A DNA stretch of 62,568 bases, the filler included, from Catajapyx aquilonaris (lineage: Eukaryota), in assembly GCA_000934665.2 (NCBI GenBank). It is 3 parts of 3 records of this genome, joined end to end, with 100 filler letters (N's around TTAATTAATTAA, not from the genome) between each part and the next. Parts side by side here need not be neighbours in the genome. Positions count along the whole stretch, not along the records: positions 1 to 20,782 come from KZ539494.1; positions 20,883 to 41,685 come from JYFJ02006197.1; 1 more part is not named here. One strand, written 5' to 3'. Below the pieces are notes generated by a model, which saw only the letters and a program-made list of their open reading frames with translations, did no database searches and was not told where the DNA came from. Below, one piece after another: positions 12,004 through 24,500 of this stretch. Numbering within the stretch: position 1 is the stretch's first letter; the number at the start of each line of letters is the position of its first letter. Position numbers and translations under genes: made by a program.

Positions 12004-14152
12004 CCCTTTATCTCCCGCTGTCCCGAAAATCAGGACAACGAATTAATCGTCATAGCTCGATGGTGAAGGTCACGATATTGATGGCTGAGATGTCATCAGA
12101 ATCGTTACAATAGACACATGTGACAAACATTTGATGTTTTTAAGTCAATGACTTGGTTATAAAATGTTGAAAGGACCTGTTCAAAGTTATCCTGGCAAAG
12201 AAAGGCCACCCACATGGCTCAATGATTCGTGTCAATTAGATTGGAGCAGATCACTGAAACTTGGCAACGCAGGGGAGTTGGATCAAAATGTTGCTGTCCA
12301 GCCACTCTAATATATGTCATTCAATGGAAGAATGCTTCTAAAGGGTGACCTCGGGTGACCATCAGTTTGGAGAAAGAGTTCGGCCTTGATTTGCCAACGA
12401 ACCCCATCTTGAGTCCGGCGAGTCCGCCCCTCTTTCACCTCTCTCTCTTTTAGGGGAGAGTGAGAGAGAGAGGAGAGGGAGTGAGGGAGAGATACGCAAT
12501 TGGGCAAACGCGTGATATCTCGATGGGGCTTGCATTTCGCATATCGGTTCCCTGAGGCGGCATTTGTCTCACACGAATATTCTTACAACATTTTTACGGG
12601 GTAAAAACCACACGAGTTTTCCTGCCTCTAAATCCACTAATAAAACAGTTCACCACGTGACAACATGTTTTGAATCCTACCAAGGCCGCTAGGTGGCAAC
12701 CCCTACCACATCAAAGATACAGTCAGTGGCGAACACAGTGGCCTTTAGCGTAGAACTAGGTGCATAGATTATACACTACAAGATGCGCAAGATGGTTGCC
12801 GTTTAGGGAGCGGGGCTACTTGAACAGGTCCTTTCTTTAAACAAAACTGAATTTCGCACCATTATACAGGGTGTAAATGAATTCAACCGACAAACTTCTA
12901 GGGGTGATAGAGGGGACCAAGACAAACATTTTTGACATAGGAAACCGTGTCCGCAAACGCCATCTAGAGGGGGTTCATAGACAAGGAATGGGTGCGCTCC
13001 GACGCGTCACGCGTGAGGCGCTAGGCGAGCGGACTGTTTTGTTGATAGATGGCGCTCGGATAGTAACCTATGATGCGATGTGCCATAACGTGGCAACAAC
13101 AGAGTCATCTAGCAACTAAAGTCCGCCTCCTAGGAGACGCGTGGATAGTCAACACCGGTTCTGTTGTTGCCAGGTTATGGTGTATCGTGTTGTTGTTTAC
13201 TTACAACGACGCGATACGCCATGACCTGGCAACAACTGCGCGCCATCTATCAACAAAACAGTCCGCTCCACTTGCGCCTCTCGCGTGACGCGTCTGAGCG
13301 CACCCGTTCCTCGACTATGAACCCCCTCTAGATGGCATTTCCGGACACAGTTTCCTATGTCAAAAATGTTTGTCTTGGTCCCCTCTATCACCCCTAGAAG
13401 TTTGTCGGTTGAATTCATTTACACCCTATATAGCTCTTAGAAGTGCAATAATGCTTATATGGAGTGAACAACTGTTCGCGTGCATGACTCAGGTCCTCTT
13501 CTATACATCGCTTAAGTTTGACATGTTTAGGTCCGGTGATAAGACTTTTAAAAAAGAGGCTGAGTATCAGGTTATAGATGGCTGCACTCGCATCCGCTTC
13601 AATGCAGCATTGCCTCGTGTTTCCTTCATTACGCCAAAATAACCCTTGAAAATGTATTGGAGTTGAAGGTAGTAATTATTGGCATCATTTAGTTACACTA
13701 TGGTGAAAAACAAGGCATAACAAAGTACATAATTAGCGAAACCCCAATAACATGGCAGCCATCTTTGATGTACATTATAGCAATTAAGTTAATGGCGTAA
13801 TTTCTAATATTTTGCGATTTACTTCCTAAACTGTAATGAATGGTCATGAATTTATTTACGCTCATTGGGCCGATAATAATGAACGACTATGAAACACGGA
13901 TGTAACATTTCTGGACTTTGAATTTGGCACGTTACAGCTGATTCATTGGAAGGATTGACGAAAAAATGCAATAAATGTTGCCCTGTGGCCAATGTCAATA
14001 GCTAGCTCTTGTTAAAAGGTTAGCTTTGGTGACCTGGATGGGGAGGAAAAAAAGACGGCTGACTCATCCAGATGTGGCTCATGACAAGGCGAGGGTTGTA
14101 AATATAATTAAACCCCACCCTCAAAAAATTCCTTATGGCGGTAGATGAAGGG
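12004..14152. mobile_element. piggyBac-like non-autonomous element
   Basis: TTAA on both sides; TIRs CCCTTTATCTCCCGC / GCGGTAGATGAAGGG. Confidence 0.75.
12867..13428. mobile_element. Tc1/mariner-type palindromic MITE family D
   Basis: CAGGGTGTAAATGAATTC TIR, TA TSD, ~200-bp inverted arms. Confidence 0.9.
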
Positions 14153-14770
14153 TTAAGCGAGCACTCCATTACACTTGCCTGTAAGGTCAAAATCATTCAT
14201 TTTCTGGTATATTTGGCAACAGAGAAACAGCAGAAGAAAATGACAAATTTTTTAAGGCCCTGAGCTAAATTCACATTTTTGTGGATAGTTTCATTAATCA
14301 GTATGCAGTAGTGCATATTAGAGGCATATGGCAGGCAGAAAACGTTGCGTACTTGTTGGAAAAGTGGTGATTCAGCTATAACAGACCTGGGTTATTAGAC
14401 TTTTTTCCGTTGTCCCTTGAAGTCTGTTATATCCAGAGTCAACTGTACTACTATCATGACTAATAACAACAAGAATAAGAATAACAACAACAACAACAAT
14501 AATAAGAATAAGAAGAAGAAGAATAACAATAATAACAACCTGTACAGCTGTCTTATCTTCTCGACGTGACGCCATCCTTATCTGCAAAAAGGATAAAATT
14601 AGTAAATTAATCAGGTGTATTACATTATTATCTCAGCAATCATATTCCAGTACTGCTTCATTGAGTAAAAAACCTTTCAATAGTAGGTACACCAGAGGAA
14701 AATTTTCACAAGGTGGATTAAAACGTGGCTCATCTGATGCTCTAGCATCATATGCCTCCATCAGGACATA

Positions 14771-16205
14771 CAGGGTGTTCCAAGTTCGTGGGGCCTTTTA
14801 GTTATAGAAAATTTCGCTCAAAGCTGTTATACTTTTGTAGGTTGTAGTGCCTCGATCTTATTCGGTGCCTTATTCTATTGAAACTGCTCTATTGGACCAC
14901 CTGATAGTAATGAGGCCAGGGTTAAGAACCGAATCGAACCCTTGCTCTGTGAACCCGATAACATCGAAGCAACTCCAGAGCAGTAGAGCCGGGTCCGGAG
15001 TGAGCGTCGGAGCTTGGTTCGGGTTCGAGCCGGTTCGAAGGGGGAGAGTGGAGCCAAGGTCGGAGCGGGTACGGAGTTTGGTCGGGAGCTTGCCAGCTTG
15101 GTCCGGCGTTTGGTTCAGGCCAACGCCTCTGGAGTTGAACCCAGTTCCAGAGGGAGGTTCGGAGCGGTTCAGAGCTTGGTTAGGTCCAACATACCAACGC
15201 AACAGCGGGAAAGGCAGAAAAACCGCTGGATTTACTCCAGCGTATGCATCATGTTTTCATGGTGGCAGAATGACATTTCCAAGCACCCCGCAATACAGGA
15301 TGTACTGCAAATGTCACATTTTTATGCCATACGCATTTTTGTATGTTACAATATGTCATACACATTTTTTGTATGTCACAATCTGTAATACCCATTTATT
15401 GGATGTCACATTTTCATGTCATATGCAATTGTTGTATGTCACATTTTTGTCATACAATATCATATTGTAACATACAAAAAATGCATGACATAAAATGTCA
15501 CATACAACAAATTCGTATTACCATTAGCTCTTGGAATGACATGAAAATGTGACATCCAAAAAATGGGTATGACATGACAATGTGACATCCAAAAAAAAAA
15601 AGTATGACATATTGTGACATACAAAATATGTGTGTGACATATTGTGACATACAAAATATGTGTATGACATATTGTAACATACAAAATATGTGTATGACAT
15701 ATTGTAACATACAAAAATGCATATGACATAAAAATGTGACATTTGCGGTACACCCTGTATCGCAGGTGCGTGGAAATGTCATTCTGCCACCATGAAAACA
15801 TGATGCATACGCTGGAGTAAATCCAGCGGTTTTTCTGCCTTTCCCCCCGTTGCGTTGGTATGTTGGACCTAACCAAGCTCTGAACCACTCCGAACCTCCC
15901 TCCGGAACCGGGTTCAACTCCGGAGGCGTTGGCCCGAACCAAACGCCACACCAAGCTGGCAAGCTCCCGACCAAACTCCGGACCCGCTCCGACCTTGGCT
16001 CCACTCTCCACCCGAACCGACTCAAACCCGAACCAAGCTCCGACGCTCGCTCTGGACTCGGCTCTACTGCTCCGGGTTCACTGAGCAAGGGGTCGGTTCA
16101 CAACCCTGAATGAGGCACCTGGATTGGGGCCCAACAAGCTACACAAAAATAACTACTTCTGGCAATATTAGTGATAAATATGACCCACAAACTTCGAACA
16201 CCCTG
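14771..16205. mobile_element. Tc1/mariner-type MITE family B, interrupted by a hAT foldback
   Basis: TIR CAGGGTGTTC(C/G)AAGTT; sister copy at 19403-20275. Confidence 0.75.
14917..16108. mobile_element. hAT-type foldback element with internal ~30-bp tandem repeats
   Basis: Perfect 8-bp TSD AATGAGGC (14909-14916, 16109-16116); TIR CAGGGTT..GAACCGA; inverted arms of ~500 bp or more. Confidence 0.85.
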
Positions 16206-16926
16206 TGTTATCAGTGGTTCCCAGCCTTTTTTCGTCACGACCCTATCTACAAACTCACGCTGATATCCCGCTCCCCAGGTAACCACTGCATGCAGACATG
16301 CCAATTGGCCAAGAGATCTCCCTGCAACAGTGCTTCACAAACTTTTTTTGTTCCGTACCCCTTTTCAAATATGTCAAGACAGTTTGTACCCCCACTCTGA
16401 TCCTGTTACCTAACAATAGTAATTGCGGGCACTTACCAGCTAGTGTGACCGACAAGGTTTCTCTCTTTCACATAATATTTGGGACAATTGGCATCAATTT
16501 AAGCCTGAGATCTTTCTCAATACAGAGTCGATGATCTAATTTTGTTTTCGTGGTAGTTAATCCCAAAAAACTTGCTTCACATAAATAGGTAGTAGTACAC
16601 ATGGTATTAAATACTTCAGAGCACAGGTTGCTAGGCTGGATAGTCTTCAATTTTTTCAGCCCAAAAAATCACAAGTGTTTTTGGCACAAATTCAAACAAA
16701 CTTCCATTCGTGGAAATTTCGATGATCATTTCCGATCTTGCATTAACATGTGCAAAAGTGATAAATAAATCTCAAATGGATTTCTGATCCAATTGATTGA
16801 CATGTCCAATTGTCCACCTCGGGAAAATTATATCTAAACTGTTGTGCCAATTGATTCATGTGCTCCAATACTAGTATGTTGGCATTGAACACTGTCCTCC
16901 ACTGGCCCTTCTGCAGTTGCTTCTAA

Positions 16927-18659
16927 AGGACATGGCACCATCCTTATGGGAAACGGCTTTCGGCTAAATTCTCCCATTCTCTTTGCGCACCAGTTTCACC
17001 TGACTCGTGGGGAAGGGAAGGGCCTCGCAGCAGTCTGCATTTTCATCGTGAAGGTGTACGCTAAGGCCTGGTACACAGCCCCTCTTGCTTCAGCTGCACC
17101 GCGCAATGACATGGACCTTTTGCATCGCATTGTACGGTATAAGACCACGGACAAAACCGTAAGTGCTGCTGCTCTGAAGAAGTTTATTGGTCACATGTGG
17201 TACCTTTCTGATATACCAGTAGCCCTAGCTTTCTTTGACAATGAAGTGTCTGTAGAGGTGAAGAGGGAGATGGTGAAGTCCATGTTCACCAGGGATGGCG
17301 TGGACATGAATATGTACCACCTGAAAATGTCGGAAACCACAGCAAGCGCTTGTGATGATATAACTCTTGCGAGTTTCGTGACAAGAAACACGGCAAAATT
17401 TATGAACATAATGAACCTTCCACTTGACGTCTTCTTCTCTGACCCTGCGACATGGAGCGCCAACCCAGGCTACCAGCAAGCACAGAAGGCAGTGTCAGAC
17501 CTAGCAGTTACAAATGACTTGGCAGAAAGAGGAGTTGCCTTGGCTCAGGAGTACCACAAGGCCTGTCTGACCAAGGATGATGACCAGTTCCAGTCAGTAC
17601 TACTTACATAGTGTGTATGAAGAGAGGAAGAGCAGAGAAGCAAAGTAGGATATGAGAATAAGATGTGTAGTGGTGTACACTGTACACAGTGTACAGTACA
17701 AAGAGAATTAAATTGTCTTAATACTAATGTAGAACGATATCGTTGTAGTTATTCAGGTGTTACTCCCCTAAAAGTAGCAGAGTGCAAGGGTGCACCTAGT
17801 GCAGGTGCAGGAGCACTGGAGCAAGGTAGGAGCAGACAGCGTGCCCCACGAGTCGACACTCGGCGCGACCTCTAAATATTTTCCAATTTGACTCTGATTT
17901 CGCACATACCCAGTACAGAAATGAAGGAACAGAATGAGCAGAATCCTTCCCATGATTTCCTAGTGTGAAAGCTGTGGATAGCAGTACAACGCGCGGGGAA
18001 TGCGAAAATTCGCACAATTTCGGAACTTAAAGGTCACGGCGCGACCTCTAAATATTATCCGATATTGCCTATATTTTGCAAAAGTCCTTTTTTTTGTCAA
18101 AATGAAACTTTTCATGACAATCCTTGCTGACTTTTCTAACTTTCGTCATTTTTGGACCACCCTACTGCACACCCGTCGCTAGGTACCCCAGCATCAATCG
18201 CTACCTGTAAACAGTGGAAACAATAATAAGAATGCTAAGCACTCTCCATATGCTGATGTCCGAACACGCCCGGTTGCCAGGTAATGCCAAGTCATTGCTT
18301 ACATTTATGATATGCTATTTTGTCCAGTACTGTACAGTACCACATTATTTTGATGGGCCAATTGAGGGAGCGATATTTTGTATCTTTGACCCGAGGTAGC
18401 GCGTGACCTGTAGGTCACAGGGGTCAACATGTGGGGTTTTTCAGAACCAGCTAATCAAGTCCGTTCTATTGGTACCACATTTGATGTACCTTATGAGGGA
18501 ACGGTATACTGCCCTTTGACCTGATGTAGCGGGTAACCTGATGATTTTCAGGTCTTGGCATAATGTTAAGAATTGATAACCATCTTATTTTCTACAACAT
18601 AAAAAATTGGGAGGATTTACCCGAAAGCCATTTCCCATAAAGGAATGGTGCCATGTCCT
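16927..18659. mobile_element. TIR element (Kolobok-like AGG termini) nested in the hAT
   Basis: ~50-bp TIR AGGACATGGCACCA...TTATGGGAAA.GGCTTTCGG; flanks CTAA and TTGA, each one change from TTAA. Confidence 0.55.
16976..18162 (+). mobile_element. 3' fragment of a DNA transposon (Sola2-like) with transposase C-terminal ORF to 17611
   Basis: Motifs FIVKVYAKAWY, AAPRND, HMWYLS, VTNDLAERGV; subterminal repeat GGCGCGACCTCTAAATATT (17862, 18038); terminus GGACCACCC. Confidence 0.6.
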
Positions 18660-19402
18660 TTGACATTTTTCTTGAGTTTCAACGCGCGTGCTGAATAAAA
18701 ACAGCATCCGTCAAATTCCTCCACTGCATATGATAAACCTTCACTATAATTTTTTTTTTTTTTTCATTACCCCCCCCCCCCNNNNNNNNNNNNNNNNNNN
18801 NNAAAAAACCTTCACTATAATAATAATAGGAAAGAATAATGGGAATGAGTGGGACCAATTTTTTACGTTTTTCTCAGAAATGAGTCGAAATTGGTTCACA
18901 GCACTTAGGCCCTTTTCGTAACAACTGATTCAATAATTATTTTCCTCGCAGTCACATACCAACCCATGAATCAAGAAACTTCCACCACTACTACTGCAAG
19001 CAAGATTTAGGCCACAACTGACCATAAGTTCCATACACTGATGACTGATACACTAGATTGGGAATATGTTGTTCTGCATCTGCTGGGAGACGTATCTACT
19101 TTGAAGTTCCACGGTGCTGCATATTAACCCTACATGGAACTAGAAGTAATTTCTTCATTTCTAGTCAGACCGCCGATATTTCCACTTGATTATGGTCCAT
19201 CAATCCTTATCGTCCTGGTCCCATACGTATTCTATCACGAATCAGGATAATGGTTCTCACATAATATAGAAAGCGGATTCCATTGCCCAAAATCTTTCGC
19301 GTACCCCCAAAATTATGTTCGCGTAGGCCTACCCGCAGGGGTACGCATACCCCAGTTTGAAAACCACTGCTCTACAAGGTGTCATGAGTGTTTCTGCATA
19401 TA

Positions 19403-20275
19403 CAGGGTGTTCCAAGTTCGTGGGTCGTTTTTAGTTATCACTAATATCGCCCAAAGTACCGTATTTACTCGGATATAAGACGCACACGCGTATAAGACGC
19501 ACCCCGGTTTTGAGGCGAAAAATCGTGGAAAATCGGTTGTTGACGTATATAAGACGCACCCAGATTTATTAGTGTAGTTTGGGAACTGGCCTCGAGCTGC
19601 CGGCAGCAACCTCGTGTGCAATGCACGTGCGTGTGGAATCCATTAGAATCCAGTAAAAAGGGGGGGGGGGGCGCACACCCTCCGGCAACATCAAGAGGGC
19701 CGCCCCGACAGTCATTGCGGGCTGGGTCAAATCTGCCTGGGACAACCTCAACCCGGAAATCATCACTCGGTCATTCAAGAAGTGCTGCCTCAGTAATGAG
19801 CTGGACGGAACCGAGGATGACTTGCTGTGGCTCGACGACGACGCCGATGAGGAAGCAGCCGTGCAGGACGACGATGACGACTCGGATGGGGATGACGAGG
19901 ATCCAGAGACGGCCAAGGAGAGCGACGATGACTGATTCGAATGTGCGATGTTTTTAAATTTTTCAATAAACGATTTTCATGATTTCTCACGGGTTTCGCC
20001 CTTTGTGCCCTGCCGTATAAGACGCACACGCGTATAAGACGCACCGTACTTTCTGAGCTACAAAAATCGGAAAAAAAGTGCGTCTTATACTCGAGTAAAT
20101 ACGGTAGTCATTTTTGTGTAGCTTGGTTGCGTCCCTATCCAGGTGCCCCATTACTCCCAGGTGGTCGAATGTAGAATAGAGCACCTGGATTGGGGTGCAA
20201 CAAGCGACAAAAAAAATAGCAGCTTCGAGCAACATTTCCTATAACTAAAAGTACTAAGACACTTGGAACACCCTG
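19403..20275. mobile_element. Tc1/mariner-type MITE family B, interrupted by a pogo element
   Basis: CAGGGTGTTCCAAGT TIR, TA TSD. Confidence 0.8.
19459..20104 (+). mobile_element. pogo-derived deletion element retaining the transposase C-terminus
   Basis: TA TSD; TIR CCGTATTTACTCG..TATAAGACGCAC. 19675-19935 reads TPSGNIKRA...WVKSAW...SFKKCCLSNELDGTEDDLLW plus an acidic tail. Confidence 0.85.
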
Positions 20276-20782
20276 TATATCTAAATGCAGGTGAACATGT
20301 CTGGATGTCTACCGGGTCATTCCATGTCAAATCATCACAGTTTGGAATTAAAATTGGCCTTGACCCCTCAGATTTTGATGCAACTTGGTGTATCTAGTGT
20401 CCTTACATAGTTATGAATGAAAACCAAAAGAAATATTTTTTTTTGCCTACCATTCAAGAGTTATTAAATATTAAATATTCCAATTTTGACTAAAAATTGC
20501 TGTGTCTTGCAATACTCAAGTATTATTTTCTCAGGAACCAGATGAGATATAAACCTGGGGAATGTCTCATATTGAAGGTCTTTCCATGGGCTTTAATTTA
20601 ATATGTAACACGGCAGAGGTTATTATATTTATGAAAAATTTTAAACGCAATTAAATCTTTAAATTTAAATATTTCAAAAAATGATATTTTTAAAATTTTG
20701 AAAAAATTCCCAAAGTTACTTTGTACTATCCTCTTGCATCTCCCAAAGTTTCATTTTGGGATCGCAATGGGATCAGGTGATA

Positions 20783-20882
20783 NNNNNNNNNNNNNNNNNN
20801 NNNNNNNNNNNNNNNNNNNNNNNNNNTTAATTAATTAANNNNNNNNNNNNNNNNNNNNNNNNNNNNNNNNNNNNNNNNNNNN
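20783..20882. other. Assembly gap with TTAATTAATTAA linker
   Basis: N run with a central 12-mer; same layout at 41686-41784. Confidence 0.9.
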
Positions 20883-21459
20883 ATTTTTAAAAATGTCCAT
20901 TTCGGAAAAAAAAATTAATGAAACATTTGGGCGCCATCTTTAATTTGAATTTTTAAAACTTTACGAACGTGACTCATACAGTCTGAAAGGGTGTTACAAT
21001 AGCCTCCCATTCCATTAATCATATTTCGTATATGTCGCAATCGCCCGAAGTTATGGCCTTCCAACTGAAGGCGGACGGAGCCAAAATCCGTAAAAATCCG
21101 CACCTTTCGCAGCCTGTAGATATGCAACCACGCGTCGCAGGGACAAACAAAAAGAGGGTCCTTGCTCACACCCATGTGCACTACAACATACTCGGTTTTG
21201 GTGGAAATCGGAAAAAATTTGTCGGGGAGGGGGGTCCAGTTGACGTGGAATGCCTCATATATATATATGCAAGCAATTATTCTACAAATGAGGAGTGGTG
21301 ATGTCCCGTGTGGTGAGTGATAAGAGGAAAAGAACGGTTATCGGTACCGTTTGAGAGGATTCGCCTTCCATTATGTTACACACACACGCACACAATCAGG
21401 GATCCAATAGGCTGTGGGGGCAAGAAAAACACACCTTTTCGAAGCGAGTGTAAACTAAT

Positions 21460-21506
21460 CTAACCTAACCTAACCATACCTAACCTACCCTACCCTAACC
21501 TACCCT
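21460..21506 (+). repeat. Degenerate (TAACC)n pentamer tract
   Basis: CTAACCTAACCTAACCATACCTAACCTACCC..., about 9 units. Confidence 0.7.
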
Positions 21507-24500
21507 ATCCTAGGCTGAGAAAAATTGACTTTTGTAAAACCCTACATAACGGAATTGTGGGGACATGTCCCCACTGAAGCAGTACCCCACCAGACGTTTT
21601 TGCTGTGGGGACGCGAAATGTCCCCACGATATGGAGACTGTCCCCAGAGCTACAGTCAAAACACCAACCTTGGTCCCCAGACCCTATGCGAGACCTGAAC
21701 AGACACACGCCGACACGCCCACACACACCAAAAAAGAGAAAAAAGCAGTGAAAACACGCGAGAGTAACGCAAGAGATGCTTTCACAGCAAGAGCGAGAGA
21801 CGACTTATTGGGCACAAAACATACGGCGTTTACTCTGCGAGCAAATCTTTTCATTGGGCACGCAGTTCGAACTTGGAAGCAGCGTTCGAATTCCGGATCA
21901 AATTTCTCTCCTATTTAGAGTTCGAACTATGGAACTTTTGAAGTTAGGAGCGTTTGAATTACGAGGTTCCTACTTCATTGTAGCCATAAGACCGTAACAA
22001 TATGCATGAAACTTGGCTGGGTAAAAAAGGGGATAATTTTAAAATACTACATCTCTGCGTAATGATGCAAATAATACAGTATTTCATATGAAACACTTAC
22101 CTATAGGTAAGTGTGCTATTGACGGTGTTTAGTGAACAAAATGAGACTAGCGCACTCTGGAGAATAAAACAATTGTTATATAGGTCCTCCCGAGTACACA
22201 ATGATTCGAAAGTGGACTAGCCTACACGAGAGAACGTTTAGTGGGATTTTTTGTTGGCAACAAGTCCCACCACCAAACTGAATTGAAGACTCCTTGGCCC
22301 CGTTAATTCCGACATGGCCGCATCAGCATTTCTGCCTCGTTTTGTAGTGTTTGAAGCTGACATGATGGGTTGGTCTCCAGCCAACTGTAAACTTGTTATA
22401 TGACCACATTTTCCCCGCGAATGGTCGCGCTACACTACACTGGTTGGTGATTTCACAACCGCCTAGTTTAATCAGAGTGCAAAGGGACGTAATCGGTTCA
22501 AGATACTGGCAAGCGGCTGAAACGGAGAGGCTGAGATTTAGACCCTCCGGAGGCGAGAGAAAAAGACTAGTGTTTGGCCGAATACTTTTTGTTGTTGTGG
22601 TCCCTTCCAAACACTGGAACCTGCTGAATTACCGGTCTCACATTGGCTGCACTGAGCACCCAGTTGACCCGATCGTCAACGACTGTACGTCAAGAGCTAC
22701 AGACTAATGGATGGAACATTGATCTCGCCATTTGGCCCCCAGGTTCAGTTTGCTTCCAGCGGATTGGCTGCAGGAAATGGGTGAAAAGCCTTGTAGTCGT
22801 CGCTTCTCCCCTCTGCTCTAACTTTTCCTCGTTTGTATCGCATCCACACTGATGCTCTCCTCTTGGTCTCACATCTACACAGATACACACACTGGTCAGG
22901 AACATTTTAAGACAAGTAGAGCCTTAAATAACCAATCTGCAGTATTAAATATACATACCAAGATATGAGATGCAAAACGGTCAAATTCACATTATGGCCG
23001 AAACTGAGTAAGTTGTTAGTAAGTTAGTTCTGTGAATGAAATTACAATCATCTAGAGAAATATTGATATCATTGGAATCCAATAGGGCAATCATCAAGCT
23101 CTCATATTTTCCCTGATAGTTATGTATTGTACGTCTTCATATAAGGTGTTAAAGAACGCTTACCTAACTTTCACCTGCATAGTACACGTGTATGGTACAA
23201 ATAATCTAGTTGAACTTTGAGGTACTGACAAAATTTGTCACAATAAATTGATGTAATTATTAGGATGTGATATGTCTCGAAAAGAGAGTAATGGTCGTCC
23301 ACAGTAATGCAGCCACAAAAGCAATAATAATACAATAACCTGCTGTGGTAATAGAAAAAGAACCGATTTTTAAAGCGGCCAAATCAATTCGATTTTGCGG
23401 ACCTCTACCGTACTGCTCTCACAAATAACAGATTACATCACCTAATTTGTAGGAAGATGACTTGTACCATTAAGTTCTCAACCGGGATTGCTACATTCAT
23501 CAAGGCAATCGCACGAGCCGATCTAGTTATGACATCTTCATGACCAGGGCAAACTGTCCGCTGGGTACCGGCATTCGATTGTAATAAATCTCGGGTTGGC
23601 TAGGAAACTGACACCCTCTGGAGGATTTTTGGCCAGGGGAGTGCGAGAATGAATATACTGCCAATAAAGCTAATAATGGCCTACCCCATCATACTTATTA
23701 CAAATCAATCTTATTTAATATGTTTTAGCGATTGATTAATAGTATATACGTACATGAATGTTAAACTAACTAACTAAAAAAACCAAACTAACTACGTACA
23801 TGCATGTGATACAGTTGAGATTGATTATCTGCGTGATTGCTTTATTTAACCCTGTACTGCATACATTTAGGATTTTGAGAAGAAAAATAAGATCCAGGAC
23901 CTGCAGGATCAAGTGGAGGATCTGGGCTTCCAGCTCATAGACTCTAATAACCAGATCCGGTCTCTGGAGTTAAGGCTTATTGACCTGGAGTACAGGGGCC
24001 GTCGAAGTAACGTTATTGCCCCCGCTATGGGCCCCCTGGCGGGGGCCCCTGGCAGGGCCCTGCTGTAACTTTTTTCTGTAACGCTCGAGTTTGCCTGCAT
24101 GCCCCCTGATCCGATTTGAAAGAAGTATCCACGTCAAAAGTGATCCACCCAAGTGGCCCTTCCCCATCCCCCGGCCCGTGGTGCAGTTCAGTGTAGTGTC
24201 AAAGAAAATTCCAGTGTTCGATATCCCCACATATTCGAGTCAACCTCCCCTTCCCCCATGGCACCCAGCCAAGTGATGACCCCTGAGTTGAGTATGTTTT
24301 CTCCGATCTCCCGAACCGCCCAAGAAGTAGCCCAATGACCGATCCAGGAGAGAATTCCACTAGTTCAATACGGCTCTCTCATAATGTGGAATTTAGCAGG
24401 ATTGCCGATTAAACCGGCCCTGTTGGATGTCCTCAGTGAGCCCCCCCCCCCTTGTGTGTGCTTTTGTGAGACCTGGAAGGTTGACCTAATAGTAACAGCA

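Larger units (their letters stand above)
11577..14445 (+). mobile_element. pogo/Tigger-like non-autonomous element with nested inserts
   Basis: TA-flanked imperfect TIRs CAACTGACTCCAGATATAAC / GTTATATCCAGAGTCAACTG; both flanks are the same ACT/AAC simple repeat. Confidence 0.65.
16212..19369 (-). mobile_element. Decayed hAT (Buster/Charlie-type) transposon
   Basis: TIRs CAGTGGTTCCCA / TGAAAACCACTG. Minus-strand dimerisation-domain remnant TTYLCEASF...KTKLDHRLCIEKDLRLKL at 16468-16610 and an RALNSR-like remnant at ~18670-18700. Confidence 0.75.

Noticed and set aside
15600..15730. CRISPR-like regular 30-bp repeats
   Set aside because: Units are contiguous with no unique spacers, there are no cas genes, and the context is a eukaryotic TE.
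14847..16113. Paired 180-207-aa ORFs on both strands
   Set aside because: Mirror products of a GC-rich foldback element with no protein motifs.
20827..20838. TTAATTAATTAA palindrome between N runs (also 41730-41741)
   Set aside because: Identical 12-mer centred in two 100-nt-scale gaps: a scaffolding linker, not biology.
20314..21257. Single element with ends GGGTCATTCCATGTCAA and TTGACGTGGAATGCCTC
   Set aside because: The ends are only partly similar, have no shared TSD, and are separated by an assembly gap.
21460..21506. Telomere or chromosome-fusion relic from (TTAGG)n
   Set aside because: Only ~9 degenerate units; such tracts are common inside insect MITEs.
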